DNA of 63,610 bases, the filler included, from Welwitschia mirabilis (lineage: Eukaryota), in NCBI GenBank assembly GCA_051453625.1. It is 6 parts of one record of this genome, joined end to end, with 100 filler letters (N's around TTAATTAATTAA, not from the genome) between each part and the next. Parts side by side here need not be neighbours in the genome. Positions count along the whole stretch, not along the records: positions 48,344 to 61,335 come from JBOZIK010000001.1; positions 61,436 to 63,610 come from JBOZIK010000001.1; 4 more parts are not named here. The stretch is one strand, 5' to 3'. Within the stretch, counting starts at the first letter, position 1; the number at the start of each line of letters is the position of its first letter. Of the stretch, positions 51,961-63,610 are shown one piece after another. The translations under genes and the position numbers were made by a program. The notes below the pieces were generated by a model, which saw only the letters and a program-made list of their open reading frames with translations, did no database searches and was not told the origin of the DNA.

Positions 51961-53979
51961 CTGAAAAAGAAAAAAAGAAAAAATGGAGGTAGACAATAAT
52001 ACTGAAGAACCCTACCCTTAAATAATGTTTCTATTATATTTTATTTTATATTTTTATTTTTTGCAATCTTATATATTTTTGGTTTGATTGATGTAATGTT
52101 CCAAGTAAACTCCTCTATGTGATGTTTTGAATCTAGTCTTCTTTTCCTAGCTCGGAATTTGGATTGTCCCCCCTCTATTTTTGATCCAAATGATGAAGAT
52201 CTTTAATAGCCTATTGTTTTATTAATATTACAGCAATACTTCTAAAGTAAATTAAGATGATAGAGGTTGAGAAGGGGACAAAGATTGTGAGATAGTAATG
52301 GTTTATGCCAGTTTCTTTTTGCAGTTTCACAAGAGCTTTACAAAGCTCGAAGCACCTTTGAGAAGATATCATTGCAGAGTACACGCCACCTTGTCCATGT
52401 ATTTGAATTTGAGGTTGTGGATGTGGATGTTGACATGAAGTGTTCCATTGAAAGACTGCCATGAACCTTTTACAAAATTGAATATCTCATATAAAGGTTC
52501 ACTTATAGAATCAACCATAGTGGAAGGTACTCTAAGAGGGATGATGAGGAGACAATGCCTTATGATATCATCTTGTGGCATCAACAACAATAAAGAAACT
52601 TTTTATAGCTTGGCTTCTTTCTCATGTTTGTGCATTATTTTCCCTTCATTTTCTTATTGGACACATACTTCCTTGGGCAGGGTACAATGATAACCAAATG
52701 AAAAGCCCATGGGATGCCTTTTAAAATTAGATGTTTTCATATGCACCCAAATAACCTATAGGAAGATGGGGCCAAAAACCTTAGGAAGAAAAAGGAGTGC
52801 CAGGGTGGGAGAGGGGAGTGGAGATGAACAAGAAATGCAAAGGTAAGTAATATGAATATGGTGGGAATGGGACTGGATAGATAGTTTGGAAATGCATAAA
52901 TATGCAAATGGGGTGATGAGCTGATGTGAAAAAGGGAAATGTGACAAAATGAGATCTAAGGTGAAATGTGGAGGGCATACAGTGTGGTAGCATTTATGAA
53001 GAAGGTGGGATGGGTGAAATTAGGGTGAAATACCTCAGGGTAGATATCAATTTAAGAGTACACAAGAATACGATGATGATAAAATAAAAGGGTGATGATG
53101 GCAGATAAACATGCCTCCATAGATGCCCCCTTTGGACATGGGGTGAATATCTAACCCTATGTCAAAAATGTGCAAAGTGGTGAACATGCATCCCAATTGA
53201 GGGTTTCAAATGCTCATGATTGTTTTTCTTTTTCTTTTTTCCTTTTCTTTCTTTTTTCCTTTAATACAGAAGAGAACAAGTGATGCTAGAATATAATAGA
53301 TGAGGGATGCACAAAAGGGGGAAATATGATGGAGATAATATTACAATATGGACATGTGCTAGTATGGTAAACATGGGATAAATAATGTGCTATTGCGAAA
53401 ATGGACAAAGGTGGGTAAATGGGAAAAGGAGAGAGTAAACAATATCTACTGGAGGTGACTGTGAATTGACAAGTGGTGAATGAGGTGAGGATGTGGTAAA
53501 ATGGTAAATGGAGCTAAGGTTGATGAGGGATGATGATCATGGGAAATGCGGGTGACCACAACATGATAGAAATGAGTAAAGGAAGGTGGGATTATAGGGA
53601 TGGACATCCTTCTGACAAGGCATAGTGTAATGGTGAATGAAATATATATTACACGGAATAGATGCCAATGTAATGCAATGACACACTGGGCAAAACGTAC
53701 AAATGTAATGGTGAAACCGAAGTCACCTTGGGGTAAATGAAGATGACAAAAGGGGGTGAAAAGTGATGAAATGAATGTGTCATGATCATGGGAAAGGGAT
53801 AGAGATGCAAACAATGTTGTGACCAAGTGAAATGGTTAATGGGATGCAATTGAGGGAGCTCGCGTGTGGTAAATGGGATAAGTGAAGGAGAGCATGATGC
53901 ATAACAAAAGAAGGGTGGGGTAGAATGCTTGTCCTATTAAATAAGCATAAATAAACTTAGTAAAGAAATGTGACTGAGT

Positions 53980-54483
53980 CATACTTGCATGGATCGGAGT
54001 GGATCGTCGATTGTTTTTTTTTTACTTTGGAGATTCCAGATTACCGCATCACTCTAGAGTAGACTACAGATCGCTCTGTATTGCGAACATTAAAAAAAAT
54101 AAAAATAAATATATTTGTAATTTTTTAAACAAAATCTTCACTGTTTCAAAAATAGTTAAAAGAAAACCTTTTTGAATCTAATTTGAAATGATCAAATTTT
54201 TTAAAAAATTGTTTCTATTATATTCTTTTCCATTTCAATGGAAAATNNNNNNNNNTTGAATGAGAAATGTGTGAGAGAAATCAAAAAAGTGAATTAAACT
54301 AGGTAGGGGATCCAGAGAGCTCTGGATTGCTCTGGATCATGATGTGGAGTGGATGGCTCTAGATCACGATTTGTAGTCTTTGGATCGTGATTCACGATCC
54401 AGCACCGATCTGGAGCAGTTTTTCATAGAATCGCGATCCAGAATCGTCTGGATCATGATTTCGATCTGATCTGTATAACTATG
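53980..54483. mobile_element. hAT-type MITE (~504 bp)
   Basis: Imperfect TIRs CATACTTGCATGGATC / CATAGTTATACAGATC. 8-bp TSD gactgagt (53972-53979) / gattgagt (54484-54491). GATC-rich subterminal repeats. Confidence 0.85.
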
Positions 54484-55763
54484 GATTGAGTATATAGATA
54501 ACATACCATGGCGAGCTAGAGAATGCTGCAAGTCCTGAAGATGTCCAAACACATGCCCTTGCAGGTTTTCACATGGTGGCGATATATAATTTTTTTCCTA
54601 TTTTTTAATTCTTTTCTTTTTTTCATTTTGTTCTTTATTTTGCATAAAAATAAAATACAACTATGGATATGGTGAAAATGAGACTTGTTATGATAAAATG
54701 GTGAATGTTGTTGGAATGAGGTAAATGTGATGATGAAAGATAGAAACTAATGGAATGTATGGTAAGTACATAAGCACATGTTATTTTCGAATGAAACAAC
54801 ATGCGTGACGTGTGAATAAGTAACATAACAGGGCTTGTGAAAATGTGTGGGCCATGGTGAAAAAGTGGCAATGCACGTTAGTGTTTGAGTTACCATTCTC
54901 TTTGTCATCATCCTTTTCTTCTATGGGTGAAGCCTTGTGAGGTGGAACATCAATAATAGCAAAGCTAAAGTCATAAGGAATGAAATGACCCTTGCCATGT
55001 GTGTGTGGTGCACACCTTCCTCTGCCTCGTCCATGTAGATTGACATCATATATCCTTTTAACAATCTTGTATACGTGTTTAGCCATAACGCACAAAATAC
55101 ATACAAAACATAAAATCTGCATGATATATGTATAAAAACATGCCATCCTATTTGAATAGTGGTTGACTATGTATATGAAATATTTTATTAGGAAAGGAAA
55201 TGTGACACTAAATGCATGAACTGAATGATAAAAATGTAGAAAATAACTAATTCATGACATGCATTAAAGTGTGATAAATGTAGACAATCTAGAAGATAAA
55301 AGGAGGTTACTGCCTCTTTCTCCTCAATGTTGCTTAGATTTTTCAGCTTCTATGTTTGTCAAATTTTTGTAAGAAGATGAATGGTCCTAACCAATTTGGG
55401 AAAAATTTTGAGGTTTTCTCACTAAAATTTGCTTTTAATACAAGGTCATCCATGTTGTCAGTTCTTTGGTGAACATGTGCACTATATGCATCATTGATCC
55501 ATTTTTGGTAAAGGTGTATGTTTTGCAAAGCTTTTGTCCTTTTTTCATCTAGAGCTCTAACTGTGTAAGTTTGAGTCCAATGTGCCTTCCTGAGTTTGGT
55601 GGTGAGTTCAAGTGTGACAACTATGAAAGGAATACATCAATTCCTTCATTGTTTAAGAAGTCCACATAAAAATTTTACATGACACCTATAAACTATGGCA
55701 CAGACATAGCCACATCCTACCTTAAATGAGACTTGTTCTTCTTGGCCTCCATCTTGCATGAAT

Positions 55764-57723
55764 CATGTAGCACAACTCCTGACTCGCAACTTGCGACTCA
55801 TAGCTCCTCATGGAAGCCAACATTTGACTTGCGACTCATGAGTAACTTGGGAACTCGAATGTTTTGTGATTGGAATATGCTCCTACTTGTAACAAAATTA
55901 AATTTAACGTATTTTAATAGTAGTAGATTGAATTGCTTGGTTTAGTACATCATTATATCACATAAGCATTGTAGAAAACCAAACGTTATAAAAACGTTTT
56001 TGGTGAATTAAACAGAACAATTTATGAAAATTGTACATCATGACATGAAAACAAATATAAGGCATATATATTCATTCTACAAATGCAAGAAACCTAATTA
56101 CATCAATGAAAATAGTCAAAGACCATTATGCATTAAAAAGCACAGAGAGTCAAAACCGCTAGCATCTTTGATTTATAAGTCACACCTATGAGGTAAAAAA
56201 GCATGAGATATAGCTCTTTATGAAGAAACCAAAACTAAATTTGGTTCCTTCTTCCCTTGGCACATCTCTAGAAAGGTTGAGGAAGAAGCTTTACAATTGG
56301 ATCAAGACCTAAATGCTACAATGTATAAAGAGGATCATCTATAGTAGCCCTTGGACTCTCAGCTGATGCATTGCCAACATGATAACCTCATGTGATGTAA
56401 GTGTCTTGTATCTATCATCAATTTGATCATTATGTTAGAAAAATGCAGTAGAGTCATGAAAACAAAATGCAAACATCAACACACTAGATTTACATGGAAA
56501 ACCTTGATGTGGGGAAAAACCACAAAAGCAATGTAGAGCTCTTTTATTAGAATGAAAAAGGCAAGAACACAGGCCATCCTGAATAAGCAATATTACAATT
56601 CTTGACTCCACTCCTTATAGGATTCCATGTTTCTATTTTCTTTATATAGATTTTCTTTTAGGGTAGAAACCCTAACCCTAACCTCTAGAGCTTTCTACAT
56701 GACCACATTAGATTTCCTTCTCCTTTTAATATTAAATTACAACAAGAAGGGGGCTATATAAAAATATATAAAGTCAAACTACAAAGGAATAAATAACATC
56801 AAGAGATTTGGCNNNNNNNNNNNNNNNNNNNNNNNNNNNNNNNNNNNNNNNNNNNNNNNNNNNNNNNNNNNNNNNNNNNNNNNNNNNNNNNNNNNNNNNN
56901 NNNNNNNNNNNNAATTACAACAAGAAGGGGGCTATATAAAAATATATAAAGTCAAACTACAAACGAATAAATAACATCAAGAGATTTGGTTTCACTTCCA
57001 ACAATTCTCTCCTCTGTAATTTCTCATCTTGTTGTTGCTCATGTCCATGCTACATGTCCAAATCCTCCTTATCATTCTCATCATCAAGTGCCACCACAGC
57101 CTCCTCCCAAGGATTTATTTTTGTCCAACTCAATGCTTATAACGCATTTCTTTTTAAGCTTCCTCTACTCAAGAAGAGGGTTGTAGTTGATAAGTATCAT
57201 ATCATTAAGCGTTTTGGCATTAAGATTGCACCTCTTCTTGTCTTTTGTACATCCAGCCATGCTCTAAATACCTTTGTAGGCAAAAGGAGAATATGGTTGG
57301 GATAAAATTTCTCATACAAACCACTTCAAATGAAGCATTTGTGGACCCAAAGACTAAAAGGAAATGAGGGAAAAAAACACTAGAAATCCTACTCACGTCC
57401 TTTTATTCCTATGCTAAATTCTTTACAATGAGCTTCAAATCACTTCACTTATTCATGGAGTGGAAGAAATATAGTTTTAAGGCATATAAGTGTGAAAGGG
57501 GCTCAGTTCTTGTAAAATAAGGGAAAAACATTTCTCTGCTATTTACTATGTGTAAAATGTCAAGTTTTTTGACTCCTCTTGACCCGTGAGTCACTTGCTT
57601 CACTTGGCGAGTTAAAAAACCTAGTGTTTAAAATTAACTTTGAGTCAACAATGCTAACTTAAAGTGAGTAACTTGCCAAAAGTTGGTGAGACTTGCTAAG
57701 TTTGGGCAAGTTGTGCTACACTA
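55764..57723 (-). mobile_element. Internally deleted hAT transposon retaining the dimerisation-domain remnant
   Basis: TIRs CATGTAGCACAACT / TAGTGTAGCACAACT. 8-bp TSD gcatgaat (55756-55763) / gtatgaat (57724-57731). Minus strand ~57140-57310 reads ILSQPYSPFAYKGI*S..KKRCNLNAKTLNDMILINYN, which resembles hAT 'ILSQ.CSSS.CERNWS..KKRNRL...LNDLVFV.YN'. Confidence 0.88.
56433..57003 (-). repeat. Copia-type solo LTR nested in the hAT
   Basis: TGTTAG..CCAACA termini. It shares gattta(c/g)tggaaaacc..ggggaaaaa..gcaatg(t/c)agagctc with the Copia LTR at 50532-50983. It contains a 100-N gap with duplicated flanks, and the TSD is not clean. Confidence 0.7.
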
Positions 57724-58802
57724 GTATGAATAATGCCAAGTGTAATAACAAAGGGATAGTAGCAATGAAAGATGATGCATGTCTCAAGAGTTGCTAAGAA
57801 AATGCAATGATAAAGGTTGCAATCCTTTTGAATACTATCAAGGTCAATGTGGTGGTTGACACTCTAGGATTGGTCTTGGCAAAAGGGTGTGTTATTTAAG
57901 TGGTGCTAATTTGACTCCTAGCAAGGTTATTTGGGATTGGCTAGATAATATTATGGATGTTGACGTTTATCTTGTCTAGATGGCTTTCCATCCCTTATTT
58001 GTGTTCATTAATGATCTTGACACGAAAGTTGCCATACACAACTTGATGTCAGGATGGACCTTACATTTCCAACATTCATCATAAGAAATGCTAATCCGAG
58101 GTTGGTGTTTGCCACTACTTGGATGCATCTTTACTAGTTTAGAAGTAATGAGTAGGTTTTGGTCAAGATGCCAACATTCAAGGGATTCATTAACCATAAA
58201 CTTGTAGATGAGCAAGTGTTCACACAAACTTGTGTAGAGAGGCTAAAGCAAAGTTGTTCAAGTTTGTGGTTACAGTGATTTGCTAGTTGACAACATTAAC
58301 ATCCTTCTTTCTAGTTCATCATTTATAAGGCCTCTATTAGTTTGCTTTCATTATCGACAAACACCTCTTATGTGATGTAACCAATGAATCATCTAGGGCA
58401 AGTGAGAATTTCCTTAAGTGCTTGCATTGGAATGGCATCAATCTCACGAATTTTTCACATCATTTTATTTTAATTTCTTTCTTCATTCTCAATTGTTCTT
58501 TGCCTTCCCCTCCTTTGCTTTTACCTCTCTTCTAATAATAGCATACACAAAAGCATCATACCAGAGTTGTTGTAGCCAAGCTTATGAGCAAAGCAGTAGG
58601 TGATTATTTTTAGTTTTACATAAGTGGAACATCATAGAGGCACCATAAGGCCATTTAGGAATATGTCTTTGGTGGATGTCTTGAGATTTTTGTTGCAATT
58701 TAAGTCATGCGAACTAATGCACAATTCTTGTAATGGAAGGCTCAATGTTCACTGGGTACTTTAAAATTGAGAAGGCTGTGAACTAGATCTCAAAGGTTGT
58801 GT

Positions 58803-59275
58803 CAATGATTAAAATGTCCTGACATGTCGCCAAAAAAGGGCGACATGTAGCCCTTTTTTCAAATTGAAAATGTCTTTNNNNNNNNNNNNNNNNNNNNNNN
58901 NNNNNNNNNNNNNNNNNNNNNNNNNNNNNNNNNNNNNNNNNNNNNNNNNNNNNNNNNNNNNNNNNNNNNNNNNNNNNNNNNNNNNNNNNNNNNNNNNNNN
59001 NNNNNNNNNNNNNNNNNNNNNNNNNNNNNNNNNNNNNNNNNNNNNNNNNNNNNNNNNNNNNNNNNNNNNNNNNNNNNNNNNNNNNNNNNNNNNNNNNNNN
59101 NNNNNNNNNNNNNNNNNNNNTGCACATCTTATTAACTTAATAAGCTTTGCATTTTTTGAGAAAAACAATTGCCGACATTTTGCGCCGACATATTGTCAAC
59201 ACAATGGCGACATGTCTCCCCGACACGACTTTTTGAGTCTGCCGATATTTTAATTTGCCGACATTTTACTCATTG
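58803..59275. mobile_element. hAT-type MITE (gapped)
   Basis: TIRs CAATGATTAAAATGTC / CAATGAGTAAAATGTC. Perfect 8-bp TSD ggttgtgt (58795-58802, 59276-59283). CGACA subterminal repeats with CpGs retained. Confidence 0.92.
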
Positions 59276-59503
59276 GGTTGTGTTTCATTTATCACCTCGA
59301 TGAAACTTGCTTGGGTTAATTGGACATTACTTACTACTGGACTCCAACCTTACCCCTAGAAGGAGGCGGACCCTTTTCTCCTCTTTTCTCCTTTACTTCC
59401 TCCTTACCCTTGCCTACCTTCTTTCCTTTCTCTTCCCTCATTTCCTTCCTCTGTTCTCCAGATTTCTACTTCTCTCTCCTTTCTTTTGTGAAACAACCTG
59501 CTA

Positions 59504-60307
59504 AATTACATGCTTTGGGCATAGAATCCGACCCAATTCCATGCCTGCAATGTGGAATCTAGGACATTCTGTGCCTTGGGCGTGGATTTTGAGATTGCTT
59601 TAATACTTCATTCATGAAATCAAGCAGATCCCACCTTAGACAACTGCATTTCTTCTCCGGTAGAGCTACCTCCTCTCCAGTTTGCCTCTAGCCCTTCTGT
59701 AACTTGTGGAAACTCCACTTCAGATAGTCCCTCCTTCTTAGGAGTCTCCACCTAATCTCACCAACACCCCTTTCTCATCTTCCACCCCTTTTCACTTAGG
59801 GAGCCCCATTTTATCTTTTTACTCTTCCGTTTTACTACCTCTACTACTCTTTCCTTCTACTCCCCTTTTTCTCTGACATGTCACTCAATTCCATGCCTTG
59901 GGGGTGGAATCCAAGACATTCCATGCCTTGGGCATGGGATCCAAGCTCCATTTAGTGTTTCATGCCTAGGTTATGGAATCCTATTGGAAGGTCACTTTCT
60001 CTGCTTGCAAACAACTTCCAATGGCCTGAGCAAACAAAATGCACATAGAAGTTCTTCCCTTGCTCAGCTGGAAGCCTTCAAGTTTTAAGGAACCAGATTC
60101 TTTAGTGAATTGGTCAACCTCAAAGTTCAAGATAGAAGAGGTCATCCTTGCTCCAAGCCTGAGACCCCTTGACCCCTTTATCCTTTACCTTCTATGCTTC
60201 ATCTTCATCTCTTCCCATCTTCCTCTCACCACACTTGTCCCTCACCTCATTGAAATCAATGCCTTCATTGTGGAATCCAACCCTTCCATGACTTAGGCAT
60301 GGAATTT
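59504..60307. repeat. Clustered palindromic ATTCCATGCC-TTG-GGCATGGAAT repeats
   Basis: About eight degenerate copies in three clusters (~59504-59590, ~59888-59981, ~60256-60307). Confidence 0.8.
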
Positions 60308-61210
60308 GTGCTTATCTTTCTCTTTCTATAGCATTTTCACTCAATCATTACTCCCAAACTTAGTTTAGCTCTACACGCAAACTACCTTTTCTTCTTGCTA
60401 TTACTGCCTCCAACTCAGGTTAGATTATCAATGTGTTCTAGACCTCTTTGATTCTGTTTACTTTGTCTTTGAAGGGCAAGTCTGTTAAAATTCGAGTACT
60501 TCATGCTTAGAAGATTTCTAAGTTGCACCAAATCCTTTAGTCTTTAAAGAGTTGCAAGATTACAAGGTCATTGTTAATTCAGAGACATTAAAAGGTGTTA
60601 TCTAGGTCCTGTTATCTTACTTCCCCTTCTCTCCTTCCATGCCAGTCCCTCTTCTTTGCTCTTAGCCCAGAGAGGCACTCTCTCCCTTTCTCTCTTGCTT
60701 CTTGGTCCTCATATCTAGGGATCCTCTCTAAATCATCCCTATGTTCCTAGGGACTCTCCAAACCTATAATGTTCATATTAAACTAGAGGCTTCCCACTTT
60801 TTATGCTTGGATATTAGTCTTAGCATAACATCTATTTTTAGCTCGGATTAACAAAGGACACATCCCCTATTAGAAGAAGACACTAGTAAAGATTGAAGAC
60901 ATCTCCTCTTTTTCATTCTCTGTCGTTGAATTTCTCTTAGTTTTATTGTAATCATTTTATTTTCTATGTGAGAGTTTGTTGTTTTCTCTCTCTTCGTAGT
61001 TAGTGAGAAGTATATGTATACAATCTCTCCTTTGCCTTTCAGAGAGAAAGTGATGTTCTACGATTGAAAATTTCTGAAATAAAGTGTTCTATTTTCTCAT
61101 TTTTTGATATTTGGAACTTGTAGGCAAAGTAGGGAGAGTGGATGAAGTACCTTGTTGAAGGCAACTTCTTTCTCATGAAGAAGAGGCAACACTTCGTTAT
61201 AGCTAGAGAA

Positions 61211-61335
61211 TGTTAGGATCGTATAGGCACCCTAAAGGGGGGGAGGGGAATAGGGTGTTAATAATTTTCTTACTAATTTTCGCAGAAATATAAATCTGAA
61301 ATCATAAGCAATGAACCATAAATAAATAAGCAACA
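61211..61335 (-). repeat. SIRE-like LTR 3' terminus
   Basis: Minus strand ..AACACCCTATTCCCCTCCCCCCCTTTAGGG..GATCCTAACA. A C-rich block just before the terminal CA is characteristic of Sirevirus LTR ends. Confidence 0.65.
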
Positions 61336-61435
61336 NNNNNNNNNNNNNNNNNNNNNNNNNNNNNNNNNNNNNNNNNNNNTTAATTAATTAANNNNNNNNN
61401 NNNNNNNNNNNNNNNNNNNNNNNNNNNNNNNNNNN

Positions 61436-63610
61436 AGTGTTTAAAAAAGAAACTCTTCATATGAAAGAATCAATTAATGTAAAAATTCATGATGTTTCAG
61501 ATTCCTCAAAATTCATTAATCTTGATGAAGATTTAATTCCTTCTTGTTACATCAATCAAACTGAAGAAATCACAAAAGATAAGTCAACACCAGAAATTAA
61601 GAAACTCAAGGATCATCCTCTAGAATATATCATTAGAAATGTTCAATAAGGTATTATTACTAGAAATTCTCTTAAAAACTTTAGTACTCATGTTTCTCTG
61701 TTATCTCAAATAAAACCTAAATCTTTTGAAGAGATCGAATCTGATCTTAGTTAGATCAATGCCATGCAAGAGGAACTTAAATAATTCACTAGAAATTAGG
61801 TTTGGATACTTATTCCAAAACCAACCGAAAAAAATGTCATAGGTATAAAGTGGATTTTCAGAAATAAAGTAAATGATAAAAATGAGATTACTAAGAACAA
61901 AACTAGATTAGTGGCTCAACGGTACTCCTAAATAGAAGGAGTAGATTGTGGAGACACATTTGCTCCAGTTGCTTGATTAGAATCAATCAGGATGTTTCTA
62001 GCTTTTGCTTACTTCAAGAAAATGAAGGTCTTTTAAATGAATGTAAAAAGTTCTTTTCTGAATGGGCACATTGAAGAAGAAGTGTATGTAAAGCAACCTC
62101 AAAGCTTCTTTGATCCTCATAAACCTGATTATGTGGATAAACTTAGCAAAGCCTTGTATGGGATAAAACAAGCTCTTAGAGCTTAGTATGAAAAGCTTTT
62201 GTCTTTCTTACTTTAACATGGTTTTTCTAAAGGCTTCATTGATAGAACTTTATTTAGAAAAGTTTTGGATGATGACTTTATTCTGTTTTAAATCTATGTG
62301 GATGATATTATTTTTGGGTCAACAAATGAAAACTTATCAAATGACTTTGCAAAACTCATAAGTTCTAAATTTGAAATGAGCATGATTGGACATGGGAATA
62401 TGTTTTTGGATTTACAAATTCAACAGCATGAACATGGTATCTTTATAAATCAAAAGAAATACTCCTTAGATTTAGTAAAAAAATTCAAACTGGAAAATGC
62501 AACGTGTATGGACTCTCCAATGGCCACAAATGTTAAACTTTCTCTAGATGAACATGGCAAGGATGTGGATCAAAAGTATATCATAGTATTATTGGAAGTC
62601 TATTATATCTAATAGCTAGCCGCCTTGATATAGCTTTAGTGTTGGTTTGTGCGCTAGGTATCAAAGCAAACCAAAGGAATCACATTTTATTGCTGTAAAG
62701 AGAATACTTAACTATGTAAAAGGTACTTTAAACTTTGACTTATGGTTTTCAAATGATACTCCTTTAAGCTTAATAGGTTATAGTGAGGCGGATTGCGCCA
62801 GATGCAAAGATGATCACAACAGCATAAGAGTTGGATGCTTTTTCTTTGGAAATTATCTCATAGTCTGGTATAGCAAGAAACAATGCTTCATATCTCTTTC
62901 AACAGCTGAAGCTGAGTATATAGCCACTGAAGCATATTGCACTTAGATCTTGTAGATGAAAGAGACCCTGAAGAATTATGGCCTCAACATCATAGAAGTT
63001 CCAATCCTATGTGACAACTCAAATGCAATTCAAATCGCTCATAACCCAGTTCAACACACTCATACAAAGCACATCGATATCAGGTACCATTTTATTTGAG
63101 AATTGGTAGAAAAGAAAATAATTTCTTTAGAATATGTGTGTACTGAAGATCAACTAGCCGATATCTTTACAAAATCCTTATCATTAGATCGTTTTTCAAA
63201 TCTTCGTTATTTTTTGGGTATCAAGTCTGAAAAGGACTTACCACAACCAGCCTCATCTGAATAATAAAATTTAGTTGGGGGGTTTAAATTTTTTAATTGT
63301 CATATACATTTGAACCCCGGTCGACCTCTTTTTAGATTAGGGCGACTGCTTATCTTTCGGTTTTCTTACTATTAAACTTTTCTTCTTACTAGGTCGAACA
63401 ACCATACTGTTGGGTCAACTAGTCTAGTCCCGCTTTTTTTTCCTATAGTATCCTATAGTAACTGAGTCGATCAAACAGTTTCTTTCGGTCAACCTCTTTT
63501 AAGCATTGTTTTCAGTTACATCAGGTTAACCTCGCCTTACATCTAGGTCGACCGAGTTTGATTCTATTTCAATTATCAAATTCTTATCTTGTAGGATTAA
63601 TTGCTTATGT
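61436..63610 (+). mobile_element. SIRE-type Ty1/copia: RT and RNase H, then post-pol palindromic repeats
   Basis: Reads KDHPLEYII, SQIKPK..INAMQEEL, VIGIKWIFRNK, KTRLVAQ, IYVDDIIFGSTN, CARYQSKPKESH, WYSKKQCFISLSTAEAEY, CDNSNAI, KHIDIRYHF, DQLADIFTKSL (to ~63260). GGTCGACC-like repeats follow at 63316-63553. Confidence 0.95.

Larger units (their letters stand above)
52000..59310 (-). mobile_element. Tat/Ogre-like Ty3/gypsy remnant: RH/integrase fragments plus long 3' non-coding region
   Basis: The INT C-terminus at ~55340-55565 reads LRALDEK.TKALQNIHLYQKWINDAYSAHVHQR..DDLVLK..SKFFPNWLGPF (Tat/Ogre 'LDEKR..A..YQ..AY..R...GDLVL..KF.PNW.GP'). Weak Zn-finger/RH-like remnants lie at 57730-58790. 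Boundaries are approximate. Confidence 0.6.

Noticed and set aside
52700..53900. His/Pro-rich short ORFs on the minus strand
   Set aside because: These are products of purine-skewed, low-complexity Tat/Ogre 3' non-coding sequence with no recognisable domain.
59504..60307. CRISPR-like palindromic repeats
   Set aside because: Irregular, very short spacers, degenerate repeats, no cas genes and a eukaryotic TE context.
12788..61391. Recurrent TTAATTAATTAA palindrome
   Set aside because: Always centred in N blocks. It is an assembly linker, not biology.

Overview
AT-rich plant nuclear, heterochromatin-like DNA made almost entirely of old, nested transposons whose ORFs are broken by C>T/G>A decay. 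It is assembled from six pieces joined by artificial N-TTAATTAATTAA-N linkers (12788, 29346, 40995, 48288, 61380), so contiguity across those points is not guaranteed. 1-12701 is a CACTA/En-Spm element (TnpD remnant, spliced TnpA-like exons, probable Ulp1 exons, candidate 3' TIR) that encloses a Copia RT remnant, a two-exon ABCG/PDR transporter fragment and four exons of mitochondrial-type PNPase. 12.9-47.8 kb is a cluster of Athila (Ty3/gypsy) elements, some nested in each other and two lacking the RT-RH-INT core. 47.8-63.6 kb holds SIRE and other Copia pieces and a Tat/Ogre-like element hit by three hAT insertions with 8-bp TSDs. There is no complete host gene, RNA gene or CRISPR array. The best leads are the gene-carrying CACTA, a conserved long stem-loop in the 3' non-coding region of three Athila elements, and a dispersed family-wide palindrome. 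All family calls come from manual translation and motif recognition, not database searches.
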